A stretch of 64,000 nt of DNA, taken from positions 76,694,001-76,758,000 of the forward strand of contig OZ024741.1 of assembly GCA_964016885.1 (NCBI GenBank), in the 5' to 3' direction. This document shows, in pieces, positions 40,302-53,730 of the stretch. The DNA comes from Eledone cirrhosa. Its lineage: Eukaryota. The notes under the pieces are model-generated. The model made no database searches and was not told the DNA's origin. It was given only the letters and a program-made list of their open reading frames with translations. The first letter of the stretch is position 1. Each line of letters begins with the position of its first letter. A program made the position numbers and the translations under genes.

Positions 40302-41033
40302 CAAAACCTAAAATAAACATAGAAAGTTCCTAAGAAACCTTTAACATTTGGAAAAACCTAATAATTTCCCGAAGAAAAAAGATTTTCTTTTCATGATACA
40401 GGGAACAGGCTGAATGTGTGGTGTTGTTTCTTCGATGCCAGCCCCTATATAACCCCAAAAGTTTAGGAGAAAGTGCTGGTCAGTTTAGGAAGTAATGAAA
40501 ATGCTTGGTAGCCCTTCCTATGGCCCAACCCCCTCCCAGACATTCCCTTTATATATTGTAAGATTTCACTCTGACATTCTGGTCGCCGAGTGCTTGAATC
40601 ACACATTTAGATGTAATGCGTGAGCTTGATCAAACGGGGAACTAGCGAGAGGTACAGCTATCATGCTTCCGACAATTTAGTACCAGTTAAACTATAGCTA
40701 TACAACATCTACGCTATACACTCTGGTCTGTGGCCTAGGCATTACAGGCAGCTATTCCTTACTTTTTAATTCTCTTTGCTATAAATTTTTTTTCATAATA
40801 ATTATAATCATCTCTTTTCCACATATATATGCCCTTTAATATAACCTTTCCTCTTGTTTTTAATTAATTAATTAATTAGTTTATTTATTGTATATTAATC
40901 TATTTCGTATATAGTTAATTTTTGTATTGGTTATAATATTCAAAGTTGTTGCAGACCTGTGGAGAATATGAGGCTGGGAGGGGTTGTCACAACTATTATA
41001 GCAGCTGCTGAGACTACTACTACAACAGATAAT

Positions 41034-41155
41034 TGTTTCTACTTTAGGCACAAGGCCAGCAATTACCCAGTGCATTACTGGTACTTTATTTTATCGACCC
41101 CCATAAGGATGAAAGGCAAAGTCAACCTCGGCGGGATTTGAACTCAGATCGTAAA
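41034..41155 (-). mobile_element. 5'-truncated Nin-like SINE with an 18-bp TSD
   Basis: ACTACTACAACAGATAAT at 41016-41033 and 41156-41173; empty site in the duplicate near 42351. Confidence 0.88.
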
Positions 41156-41400
41156 ACTACTACAACAGATAATGATAGGGAGGGGGTAGAAGGGTTACCA
41201 ACCGTTTTCGTTACTAGACTGACCAGCACTTCCGCCTAAACTTTTGGGGTCATACAGGGGCTGGCCATCGAAGAAACAACACCACGTGTTCAGCCATCCC
41301 TCTGTATCATGAAAAGGAAATCTTTTTTCCGGGAAAATTATTAGACTTTTCCAAATTTTAAAGGTTTTTTAGGAACTTTCTATGCTTATTTTAGGTTTTG

Positions 41401-41453
41401 CCGTCTGAAGAGCTCAGGCTAATTGATAGTCCTCAGTGAAATATGTGTAACGG
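41401..41453 (+). ncRNA. Type I hammerhead ribozyme, minimal stem III
   Basis: CCGT-CTGAAGA-stem II (GCTCAGGCTA attga TAGTCCTCAGT)-GAAA-TATGTG-TA-ACGG; stem I is CCGT/ACGG. Confidence 0.8.
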
Positions 41454-42570
41454 AGTGTTTGATAAACCTGAATCAACTGAATATATCCTTCGATCTTTTA
41501 TTAATATATAATGCTCCGTCTTGTACCATTTATACAGGTCGTTGAGCAGTTCTTTTTATCTGCTTCACAACTGACAGACCATGGTATGATCCACACATCC
41601 CTGTTCTGTTAACCCCTTACTCTAAATGCTCGTAATAAGTTGAGCGCTTTGCTGAAGTAATAAACAGGCGATGGCTTCATATGCTCTGCTTGAATCACAC
41701 AGTTCGTAGCCATGGTCTGGACTTAAAATCCCTTCACTTTGAATACCAGAGCTGACTGGAGGACCGAACTCATCCCAATAGACTAGCGAAACACTCAGGA
41801 TAATAACTTCCCCTGATCACTGACAACACTTTATGGAATTTATCCAGCGGCTATCCAGGGAATAAGAACATCTATGAGGAGACCCTCTCACTCCTCACCT
41901 GATGCACACAAGCTGGCAGACCAGCCAAAATCTCTCTACGAACACTTTGAATTCTATACCAGCCCCTATCTTAATGTTAATCTCCATATGTTGCTATATC
42001 TGTCTTCCCAACACTCATTTTAGAGTCGGACACCTATGAACCTGTTTTTGGTAACCTTGTACCGATCCCATATTTGTCTATCATGGTATTATATGTACTT
42101 ATCATTTTCTTTGTATAACCATACCTGTTTATCTCGTATATTATAATCATCTCTTTTCCACATATATATCCCCTTTAATATAACCTTTCCTCTTGTTCTT
42201 AATTAATAAATTAGTTTATTTATTGTATATTAATCTATTTCGTATATAGTTAATTTTGGTATTGGTTATAATATGCAAAGTTGTTGCAGACCTGTGGAGA
42301 ATATGGGGCTAGGAGGGGTTGTCACAACTATTATAGCAGCTGCTGAGACTACTACTACAACAGATAATGTTAGGGAGGGGGTAGAAAGGCTATCAACCGT
42401 TTTCGTTACTTCCTAGACTGACCAGCAGTTCCGCCTAAAGTCATACAGGGGCTGGCCATCGAAGAAACAACACCACGTGTTCAGCCATCCCTCTGTATCA
42501 TGAAAAGGAAATCTTTTTTCCGGGAAAATTATTAGATTTTTTCAAAATTTTAAAGGTTTTTTAGGTTTTG

Positions 42571-42623
42571 CCGTCTGAAGAGCTCAGGCTAATTGATAGT
42601 CCTCAGTGAAATATGTGTAACAG
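42571..42623 (+). ncRNA. Hammerhead ribozyme, second direct copy
   Basis: Same core and stem II as 41401; one stem I mismatch (ACAG). Confidence 0.72.
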
Positions 42624-42999
42624 AGATTTTAAATAAACCTGAATCAATTGAATATAGCCTCCGATCTTTTATTAATATATATATATAAGAAATGACTTAG
42701 AAATATAAAGAAATGACTTATACAGACCTACAACTGTTTCGTTCATATGAAATCATCAGGAATGTCCTGATGATTTAATATGAATGAAACAAACAGTTCT
42801 AGTCCTGTAGAAGTCATTTCTATATATATATAATAAAGATGCCTATACTCTACCAATGTATTGAGTACCTTTTTTAACTGTGATACCCAGGGACACAAGT
42901 TGAGAATCTATATATTATATATATATATATCATCATCATCATCATCATCACCGTTTAACGTCCATTTTCCACACTAGCATGGGTTCACGTATATTCTCC

Positions 43000-44362
43000 A
43001 AATAAGTGGAAGAGCTAGAGAAGAAATTGCGGCTCTGGAAACGGAACTTAGAGTAAAATTTGGTAAAAAAATAAAATTTTGGTAAGCAGGAAAGAAGACA
43101 GGTCCCTGATCCCATTAGGAAAGTGGCCCAGCCAAATAGGTAGAAAAAGAGAAGGTAGGATCTCTGTATGATATACACAAAGTAAATCTTGGTTACACAA
43201 GAGGTGTTGTGGGATAGCAAGCAGACTAACAGAAAAAGTAAACTTAGTATGTGACAAGTGCAGAGGGATAGTTAGTAGTAAGTACACTGGGATGCCACTT
43301 GCACCGACACTTTCTGCAGCTGCAACCTGGTGCAGTCTGCGACTGATCCAGGTTCTGCTGCACGTCGGGCTGAGGGGGTCAAACTCCTCAAATACCGGTC
43401 GCTCTCCGACAGGTTTGCAGTCGTTCCACTGACAGTGGAGACTTCTGGTGTCCTCGGCCCCAGGGTACCTCCTTACTCACCACCATAGGCGCTGAGCTGG
43501 CCAGTTGCAGGTGTGAGCCCCACGAGTTGGAGTGGCTTTTCCAGCGCGTCTCCCTTGCCATCCTCCGGGGAAACGCCTTCTCCATTCTGTCCACCGGGGC
43601 TGTGGGTGGGCCCCATCACGTACCAATACATTAGTTAAATATCATTCTTTCATCTGATACAACACAATAAAGACTAAAGTGTTTAAAAAAAAAAAAAAAA
43701 AAGTAAAATAAACGTTTTCCAAACCCTAGCTATTATACTCATGGTGATTGCACTGAGAGTACAATTGCTAGAATTAGAACAGGATGGAAAAAGTTCAAGG
43801 AGCTGTTGCCTTTGTTGACAACAAAAGGTTTCTCTCAATGAAAGAAAGGCCAGCTGCATGATGCCAGAGTGTAATGTGTGGTGTTGCATGGTAATGAGAC
43901 ATATGCAATGAATGCAGAGGATATGTGAAAGCTAGACAAGCACGCTCTGATGGTTGTGCGATGCTAATGTGCATGAACGACAAAGCATGGAAGAGCTAAG
44001 AGAAAATCTTTATACAAGAGGAATCTGATGTGTGCAGAAGAGATGACTATGCTGGAATGGGCATGTGATGTACAAGGATAATGATTGTTAGATGAAGAAG
44101 TGCCAAGGATAATGTCAAGGATAATGTACAAGGATAATGATTGTTAGATGAAGAAGTGCCAAGAAATTCCAGTGGGAGGGAGGTACAGTTCAGAGAGGCC
44201 AAGGAAAATTGGGCAGAGGTTGTGAGAGCTGATCTCAAGTTTACTGAAGCTCACAGAGGTGATGACAAAGGACAGCAACAAATGGAGAGATACTGTGCTG
44301 AAAAAGACCTGTTCAACCCATGCAAGCATGGAAAACGGACATAAAAAAATGATGATGATGAT
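43000..44362 (+). mobile_element. Degenerate RTE 3' remnant interrupted by a CRE-like insert
   Basis: Decayed ELEKKL, PIRKVA/zinc-finger and RTGWKKF motifs; tail acccatgcaagcatggaaaacggac...(gat)n. Confidence 0.7.
43288..43702 (+). mobile_element. CRE-clade-like non-LTR retrotransposon 3' end (RLE C-terminus) with AATAAA and poly(A)
   Basis: Translates WDATCTDTF...GSAARRAEGVKLLKY...VPLTVETSGVLG, then after a frameshift WLFQRVSLAILRGNAFSIL; GC-rich; A-tail at 43685-43702. Confidence 0.78.
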
Positions 44363-44739
44363 AACATATAAATACATACATATATGTAAACACACACGCA
44401 CACACACATATATATATACATATATATATATATATACACATAAATATAGATACATACATGCACATACATAAACACATACACATAAACACACACATATACA
44501 ATATATATATTTTTTTGTTTTAATTTCAGAAGGCAGTGAGGAAGGCTAGTCTGTGAGATAGTGTTTATTCGTTATGTATATTTGCCAGATGTCACTTAAG
44601 TGAGCACAGCTTCCTATTTCACTGAAGCTGAAACAGTCACCACAAAAATGGATGTTTGATGTCCTAAATATGTTGTCTAGCTATCTGCCTGTCTGTTGTC
44701 TATATATCTATCTGTGTGCGTGTGTGTGTGTCTGTGTAT

Positions 44740-46020
44740 GTGTGTGTCTGTCTGTGACTCTCATTCTGTCATCCATCAGAACAGACTGACATAATAAGGC
44801 ACACTGCTTAAAATATGTTTTCAATATTGCAGTTACTGTGGCACACGAATGTTTCCACAACTTGTAAATCCTCTGCAATTTTGACTGAACTGAAAAATCA
44901 GCCCAAGTATAACATATGGCCTTAGTTATGGTATAGAAGTGATAATTTCTATGCCCACTTGGAACATCGTCTTTCTTCCCTGTATAAAAACTGAATCCAC
45001 AACAGAACCCAGTACACAACTCACATATTTTCCATACTTTGATCCCCTATTTTGTGAGCTTGCCTAGCATATATTGTCAGAAATATATCTAAACTTTACA
45101 CCCTGCCATCCCTTCATGAAATGATAGTTTTTTCTAGCTGATAGTAGGAATTGTATCTTCTTTGTACACAGTCCAGAAATAGTCTTACTTTAACTAAGGG
45201 ATCATAGTTTTCCTCTTCATGTACTAATGTACGGCTAGTGAAAATATTGGCAAAGTTTTATAAAACATGTTCAGGTCCATTATGCTGGAAACATAGGGGT
45301 TACCAAGAGGTTCATCTGTACTATAGTAGTTGGTAGTCCTAGGCAGCTTCTTAATGCCTATTATGATATTTATGGTAAACATTGCACAGATTTCTCCAAG
45401 GCAAGTAGGAAGCCATGATGGATCTCTCTTCTTATTAGTTTGTTTATATTCTGTATAGCAATTCGTTCCTGGAACATTTCAACAGGAACATTTTTGAAAA
45501 TTAATAATCCACAGCTTTTACATCACCAAAAAGACTGTGATTAGGTCTGTTTCTTCAGAAAATTTTTAAAGAGAATTTATTGAAAATTTTCACTCTGTTC
45601 TTCTCTTTGGAAAATATCACTTTCATTATCCGTATGACTGCTGTTATTATTAGACTCACTAGCATTTATCAAGATACTGGATTCAAACTCTCCCTCGTGG
45701 CTTTGGTTGCAGTATTCCCTCACTTCTTCAATTCGTTTTTTTGTAAGTCCTTCAAATTCTGAGTCACTGCTCGAGAATGTGAAGTTGGTATCCATTTTTA
45801 AAAAATGTAAACAGTAACATAAAATTTTCAAATCACGATGTAGAAAAAATTCAGAGAACACAAATTTTACCTTTAAAAAATGTTGGAATATATCTAACAA
45901 TAACTTATCTAGTGAAGACACATGTTATCAAAGATATAGTAATGGGATTTGATTTGATATTCTCATTTAAGTATGAATAGATTATTTGGGGTGGTTTGGG
46001 GAAGGTTGGTATTGAAAGGG
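44740..46020 (-). mobile_element. Decayed piggyBac transposon
   Basis: TTAA|CCCTTT terminus near 46020; acidic N-terminus MDTNFTFSSSDSEFEG; transposase-like fragments broken by stops. Left boundary uncertain. Confidence 0.55.
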
Positions 46021-47322
46021 TTAAATCACAGGTAGTTGGTAATATTGCTCTGTGAGTGTTAATTGAAGCCCAATTGGAAGGCTAAAAGAAAAGATACAGA
46101 GATCAGTACAGACATATGCTGAAACGGTACTAGATACCCTAAATCCAAAAGAAGAAATGGTAAAAGATTACATTAGTTAGTGCTCAACCATAGCAAATGT
46201 TATTGAAACCATTCAAGCACACTAACTACAAGAAACAGACAAAAACTGGTCTAAAAATGTCTTAAGTCTGTCTCGAGCCCAGTTCTTATCCCGGTTTCCG
46301 TAGTATTAACTGACTGAGAATGCATTACTTCCCTTTTGACAGGACGCCAGTCCATCATAGGGTTAAACCCCCAGCTATTGCTGGTACTCATTTTCAGCTG
46401 AATATACTGGAGTAATGTGAAAGTGAAGTGTTTTGCTCAAGAATACAACATACAACTCAGTCCATAATCGAACCAATGACATTATGATCGTAAGTCCAAC
46501 ACCCTTACCAAAAACTGGCCAATGTTAAAAAAAAAAAAAAAATAACAGGCAGCAATAACCATTAAGTGCCATGACCATCATCTGTGTGTGCTACATAATT
46601 CCAAGAACATGTGTATTCTGAATCAGTTTGCATGCATGTATGTTCACTCCCAGATGACAGCATTAAGAGAGTCAGTATTGGCAGTGATGGATTGCTAAGA
46701 AAAAGGTAAGTGTGTTATGAATGTTGTTGTTATTTAGCTTCAGGTCACCCCACAAAAGTGTCAAATTTTCAGCATTCAATCACACTTCCAACTGTGTCCA
46801 TCTTATTAGTTGTTGTTGAGACTTAGTTGAGCCTTGAGTGAGCAGACTTCTGGGAAAAAACCTTAACTAGCTTGTCATTATTTTTCTCATGCATCTAGGA
46901 CTCAGAACAATTATTATGCAGCCTTTAAAACAATAATAATAACTGCCAATAAAACAATAATAATAATTATTTCTACTTTAGGCACAAGGCCAGCAATTAC
47001 CCAGTACATTACTGGTACTTTATTTTATCGACCCGTAATGATGAAAGGCAAAGTTAACCTCGGCAGGATTTGAACTCAGACTGTAAAGGGACATAACTAT
47101 GCTAGAAAGCATGGCGTCCAACCCTCTACCGATACTGCCAATTCATAATAATAATGTGACCAAATTATTTTGTAACCACAAAAATTGGATTGTTAGAGAA
47201 AACATATATAGAATTAAAAATCCCTATACTATCCATAGCAATCTTTTGACAAATGTGTTGTCATCTTCAGAAAGGTTGAACAAAAACTGGAAAAAAAATA
47301 GGAAGGATAATTATATTCTTAC

Positions 47323-47441
47323 CTGTGAATCTGAAGATACTTCTGACTTCACACTTCCAGTGGAAGGTCTCCGATGTTTCTCTAGGGAGCAATTATTAGG
47401 GATCTTGTAGGCACATCTTTTATGGAAGTTCAAGCCACATC
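47323..47441 (-). CDS. PRKD: PKD exon, second half of C1a plus linker: (G)[39 protein letters not shown]
   Basis: tttAG and GTaaga boundaries; 119 nt, phase 1/0; CGLN.HKRCA.KIPNNCS is the PKD signature. Confidence 0.95.
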
Positions 47442-48573
47442 CTAAACAAATAATTACAACAGATAGTTAACGAATTTTCTTTGGACTTTCATTCATAGAA
47501 TTATTAGCAGGGAATCTAAATCTTATCCATTCAACCATCTAAACATTGACATATTATACTTGAAAGAATTATATAATCCTTGAAAATGTTGAATGTCAGG
47601 CTTAACAGAAGCATTTAAATCATACACACACTGATAGAGATAGAGTGATAGATAGAGATAGATGCTCAACTTATCTCTTAACATCCAGTAGTTATTTAGT
47701 AGAAGATATGTTAAAATAGGTCTGTAAATTCAAAGGTTTTTTATATCTTTACTGGTGAACAGATTATGAAAATCTGCAGTATAAAACTAAAGATTTTGCT
47801 TTTTAATACATGAATGTCTTGCTAATGTGGTTTCATGTGTTACAGGATATTAAAGGTTAAACACCTGAGAAGTGTGAAGTAAAATGATAGCAACTCTATA
47901 CAACTTGAGAGTACTGGGTACATATTGTGGCAATAATACTAGAGAGGTTGTTGTGCTCTTGACATAAGTATACTGTCACAAAGGAAGGGACCTAAATGTT
48001 CCTTCTCCCTGCTTCTTCGAGCTTCAGGTTGGAAGAGGTGGATGGGGTGGGGTGAAGTCAGAAGCATACTGGCAGGTGGGAGGGGGTCATCTTCTCTATG
48101 TCTTTTTTCATCCCACTTGCTTGGGAAGGTAAGTCTTTTGCAGTACAGCATGTTGCTAGTTAACTCAATCCCATATCATCTCCTTCATGAGGTTCAGTGT
48201 CAGTTTATTACATGCATCTTCATATCAACATTTAAACCAGCTGGTGAATTTGTTTATGTCCTGCATAAACAAGATGTCCTACAGTATAGCAGTTGACAAA
48301 GATAAGTGGCAACTGGCCATAAAAAAACCGTCTCAAAAAGTCTTGTAGAACCATTACCAGCATGGAAAAGTTAACATAAAAGCAATGTTGTGAGTGTAAA
48401 TAAAGTAGGCACAACTGTTTGGCAAAGAAGCTTGCTTGGCAGCCATCCATATGATTTCAGGTTCAATCCCACTGCATGGCACATCAGGCATGAGTTTTTT
48501 TATCAAAGCTTGTGACTGACAAATGCCTTGTTTGAAACTTAATAGACAGAAGCACATCATATGTATGTGTGTA

Positions 48574-48662
<89 letters not shown>

Positions 48663-48777
48663 TGTAGATAAATAGATTTGTAGGTTAGTAGGCAGTCATG
48701 CCAGTATATAAGTTATTAGATAGATAAGTAGGCAGATAACTATAAAGGTCAATAGCTAGAAAGGTAAATTTGCTTAC

Positions 48778-48909
48778 CGTCGCACTTAAGTCCTTGTTTC
48801 ACTAAACCGAAAAGCATTTCTCCACAAAAGTCACAAAAATGTGGAGATCTGTAAGAATGAACAATGAGTTGATGTGGTTGTATTTGTAAATCTTCCATGG
48901 AGGCCTTTG
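48778..48909 (-). CDS. PRKD: Protein kinase D exon, first half of C1a: (A)[43 protein letters not shown](G)
   Basis: Flanked by ttcAG and GTaagc; 132 nt, phase 1/1; translation matches the PKD C1a motif PH.L.VHSY..P.FCD.CGEML.GLV.QGLKC. Not in the ORF track in this frame. Confidence 0.95.
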
Positions 48910-49039
48910 CTGAAAGTCAATGAAAATGAAAAAAATATATAATAAACGTCTATGGAAGGATATTAAATGATACAATAATAAATTCATTTATAACATTTAA
49001 CTTGGATGTGGTTTTCTCATAACATTCATCTTGGATATA

Positions 49040-49505
49040 TATTGATTATAGCATTGCTATTGGGTCATTTTGCCATGATCACAGATCTGTTGTAAAATTT
49101 ATCTTGCATATAGATCTATCATAGCATTATTCTTATATATAGATATGTTCCAGTATTCTTCTTGAAGACAGATTAGTTATAGTATTAATCTTGAATATAG
49201 AAATGTCATAACATTTATCTTCAATACAGATCTCTTGTAGCATTTGTTTTCTTGGATACAGATCTATCAGAGCATTAATCTTGGCTATAGATATGCCATA
49301 GCATTTAGATATAGATCTGTCATAGTATTTTCTCTTGGATACAGACCTATCATAACATTTATTTTTTATACAGATGTATCTGCCATTAGATTTTCTTGAA
49401 TGCAGATCTGTCATAGAATCTATCGTGAATACAGACCTATCTGTTGTAGGATTTATCTTGAATATAGATTTGTCCGAGATACAATCTCATATATATTGTC
49501 ATAGG
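49040..49505. repeat. Degenerate minisatellite of about 29-30 bp
   Basis: Recurrent atacagatctatcatagcattt..cttgg units. Confidence 0.75.
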
Positions 49506-49558
49506 AATTAGTAATATGAGGAGCAAGCATCATCTTTCTGATTACCACTACCAGTAGA

Positions 49559-49598
<40 letters not shown>

Positions 49599-49755
49599 TC
49601 ACTACCACTACTATGTTTAATACAATACCCACCAACACCACCATTATTAAAGCAACCACAAACCAATGAGTGTATTTTGAACTCTTCAAGCTCATGACAG
49701 TAAAGAAAACAGACAAAAGAAAACTCAAAACAAGTAACAGTGATGATGATGATGG

Positions 49756-49798
<43 letters not shown>

Positions 49799-50384
49799 AA
49801 TGATGATGATAATGATGATAATGATGGTGATGATAATGATGACAAGTATTATTAAGGGATGGATTATGATGATGATCATCATATAATCATGATAACGATG
49901 TAATGATGATGAAATTGATAATAATGATTTAATGATGATTAATATAATAATTGCTGTTGTTGTTTCACTGCATGGCAACCCTAATTCAGCAGACCTATGA
50001 TTAAAAATGTCCCAGCCATGACCATTCTGTCTTTTTTCAAACATAATGTATTTAAGACTACATTAAACAATGTGCCCTTCGGTTTCTAACATTGTGGGAT
50101 GTGATTTGAGGGAGAATTCACTGCTATTCTTAGAAGCTCAAACAACTGTGTGGAGGTTTGCTTTGTTAATGATGCTAATGTTGTTTGTAGCCACAGATCA
50201 GCCCTGATGAAGCAGATCTATGATTGAAGACATCTTAGACATGACCATCCCATTCTTCTCTAGGAATAATGTATTTAGGACTACATCATCCAATGAAGCC
50301 CTCTTTTTTTTTAGACCATATGGTGTGGTTTGAGAGAGATTTTGAGGCTATTTCTAGTAAGGTTGGACAACCATATATAGGCTT

Positions 50385-50444
<60 letters not shown>

Positions 50445-50979
50445 AGTATAACCTAATAAGGCAAACCAACAAATAACTACACAAACAATAACAATAATAG
50501 CAACAATCAAAAGCAACAACAACAAAACAAACATCCTTTCAATTGTAACTGAATTCAAAATGAAAAAGAAAAATCATAACAGTTACTGGTATTTCAGGAA
50601 ATTGTATGCAAAATTACCTGATTTTTATCTGTGCATATATGGGAGGGTGTATGGGTGTGCATGTGAGAGGAGAGTGTGTCAGTGTGTGTGGATGTAAATA
50701 AGAGAGTGTGTATGTGTGTGTAAGACATTATGTGTGTGTAAGAGAGTGTGTATATGTGTGTGTCTGAGAGTATGTATATATATATGTGTGTCAGTAAGTA
50801 TGAGTGTAAGATAGAGTTTATGTGTGTGTGAACTTAGGTATATGAGAGCACAAGGGCATATGCGGATGCCCCACTTGTATTACTTAATTGAGAAGCTCTT
50901 GACTTTCAACCTCTTTTAAAGCCTTGTCTATAGAAATAAATCAAACCCCACACTGCTTCAAAGTGTCCTCCAACTCTCT

Positions 50980-51114
<135 letters not shown>

Positions 51115-51127
51115 GAGAGAGAGAGAG

Positions 51128-51430
51128 AGGCACATGGCTTAGTGGTTAGAGCATTGACCGGGTGATGTGTTGTTTCCTTGAGCAAGACACTTTATTTCAC
51201 ATTGCTCCAGTTTACTCAGCTGTAGAAATGAGATGATAGGGACTGGGGTCCCTATCATTCCACTGCAAAGTGGTCGTGGAGGTACCACGGCAAAAAAGCA
51301 CCCAGCACTCACTGTCAAATGAGGTTGGTGTTAGGAAGGGCATCCAGCTGTAGAAATCAAGCCGGCATCAGTTCCCGTCCCACCCTTGCAAGCAGGGAAA
51401 AACCGGACGTAAAATGAAATGATGATGATA
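51128..51430 (+). mobile_element. tRNA/CORE/RTE-tail SINE copy, B box deleted
   Basis: Matches 39741-40060. Confidence 0.8.
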
Positions 51431-51453
51431 TATATACTGTGTATATATATATA

Positions 51454-52330
51454 CTAGCGACCTCTCGCCCTTCGCCCTGGTCTGTACTGTGCTCAAATAT
51501 ATTCATAAGACACCTATTACCATCTGTCATAATGTCCATTTCCATTAGAATAAAAGATGTTAAAAGGTATTTAAATATGGCATAACATAATTTTAAAAAT
51601 TTATTTAGAATATCTAAATACAGAAAGTAAGAAAGAAAATATCAGAAAAAAATGTATGCTATGAAAATTATAAAACATTTACAGAACTTCAGTATATACA
51701 ATGTTTTAAACTTTTTTCTTTGGAGCATATATGAAGAGTTTGTGGGGTCTTCCTGGTTTGGAATAAACTACATAAAACTGACCATGTGAAAAACAGCCTT
51801 CTTCTAGATGGAGACCATCAACCTGAAGTGTTTGACCATGAGACTTTTTAATGGTCCTTGCGTAACTAACTTTCATTGGGAATTGTAATTATTTGAAATG
51901 AAAGGTGACATCTGTTGGTATTAATGTTATTCTAGGTATAAATACAATGTCTCCCTTACCACATCCAGTGAGGATTTTGGCTTCGTTAATGTGAGGTTGT
52001 TATTCAGTCACAATCATACATGTCCCATTGCACAATCTTGGCTGATCCAGATTTCTGAGAAGCATGATGACTGTGCCCTTCTTCAATTCAAGGTTGTGTG
52101 ATAGCCTACCAGACCATTCCAAATTGTTAAGAAATTCAATGGGATAATGAACAGTATCATCCTCGTCGATAACTTTGTCAATAGATTTATAGGCCTGGCT
52201 ACCTCCAGGGATCATTTGTGAGAAATTTTGTTGATAGCATACACTGTAATGTTTTGGGGCCAAGGAATGCTCTTTCACACAGCCACTCCTCATTGGAATG
52301 GTGGGTTTGTAAACTGGGGAATACTTAATT
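51454..52330 (-). mobile_element. Helitron 3' remnant (Pif1 helicase)
   Basis: EFLNNL..SG..SHNLELKKGTVIMLLRNLD..RLCNGT, FIPRI, CFSHGQ motifs; GC-rich subterminus and CTAG|T end. Confidence 0.85.
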
Positions 52331-53689
52331 GATTAAGCTTACAATGCTTTCCCCAACAGTACAAAATGATGACGGATCAAAACATCCTTCAGTATCAAGG
52401 GATTGCTTTTCTATAAATTTAAACAGCTGAAAGGTGCTAATCTGTAACTCCGAGTGCTCCTCTCCCTTCCTGCCTCTGTTATTCACACTGAAGAAATCTC
52501 CAAGGCCAGGAAAATCCAAGGATTCTCCCTGGAACCACCACCCATTCCGTTTTCAGTAATGAAGGCAACAAAAACCACATTTACAGTGTGGAACTGGATG
52601 GCTCCATTATGAGGAATGAGGAGGGACAGGCCAGTTGCTCATGCCAAATCTGTCTCAGTGGAACCATAGTTTTGGAGCCTGCTACTAGATGCCACCAATA
52701 TGAGGAGCCTAACCCATCACAGCACACACACACACACAAAATCTATGTTGAATAATGAATAACCGTTCTAACTTCAAATTTTAAATAAATCCCTTTCTTC
52801 TTTTTTTTTTTAACCACTCTTTTGCTCTCTGGTACTCTCTGGAATTTTTCTCTCTCATCCCCTCTTTTCCTGTAGTTTGGCAAATAGAGATCGATATAAT
52901 TATGAATAAATTGAAATAGAATGCCCCAGTATGACCATGGACCAGTTGAATAACTGAATCCAGTAAAAGATCTGGTTCATTTTTATTGTTATTGTCCATT
53001 TGTTTAGTTGACTATGTGTATAAAGCCAAATGGAATTATATTCAGCAATCGGAAGTAACTTTAATAAATACATGAAACATATATTGTTTAATGTGTCTGT
53101 ATGTGTGTGTAATCTTAGAATGCTGATCTCTCTTTTTCATAGTCTTTCATCTGTCTCTTCCTTATTCATTATCACATTGTTCACATTTAGATGTGTGTGT
53201 ATTTAATACATATGTATCAGTCTTGTGCTTGTGTGTCTGATTTTCTAAATGTATCAGTGCATTTGCTTCTTTTTGTTTTTATTGCAAGATAAACTAGCCA
53301 GATATTCAATATGAACACGAATACACAAACCAATTTTCATAAATATATGAATTAGCAATATATTATTGTAGTACAGTAAATCAAGAAAAATTTATAATTA
53401 TAATTAGCTATGGAAATGAAGAGTAGTGAAGCAAACTAAATGCTGCATTACAATTAAAGATTGGATAAATGAAAGAAAAGAAATAATTTAAAAGATTATC
53501 GATCTGACTGAGTAGTGATATATGTGAATAGCTCCATTAGATAAGGTACTGGCAACCATTTTTACAAAAACTTTCATAGGGATACATAGAAAAATCACAC
53601 AGGTTGTTCTACTTTTGGTTTTCACTTCAATTTATTATAAGCTCCCAGTCGGTTAGTTTAATAACTGGATGGTTGTTTAGTTGTTGTTT

Positions 53690-53730
53690 GTCAAAGCCCT
53701 TTTGTCCTCCTCTGTGACCTCCTCAGTGAC
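53690..53730 (-). ncRNA. Decayed minimal hammerhead of the GTCA-CTGAGGA family
   Basis: GTCA-CTGAGGA-GGTC..GAC-(A)AAA-GGGC-TT-TGAC; relatives near 11255-11300, 11350-11385, 17334-17375 and 17914-17956. Confidence 0.55.

Larger units (their letters stand above)
40080..42685 (+). mobile_element. Non-coding Penelope-like/retrozyme-like element: inverted pLTR, then two direct pLTRs, each with a hammerhead
   Basis: 40080-40480 is the reverse complement of about 41220-41625; 40800-41505 is repeated at 42140-42680; no RT ORF. Confidence 0.78.

Noticed and set aside
49453-50558. ORFs with poly-S/I/V/Y/D tracts
   Set aside because: These are translations of (GAT)n, (TAC)n, (TAG)n and (CAG)n microsatellites; the same applies to the many YIYIY/HTHT ORFs.
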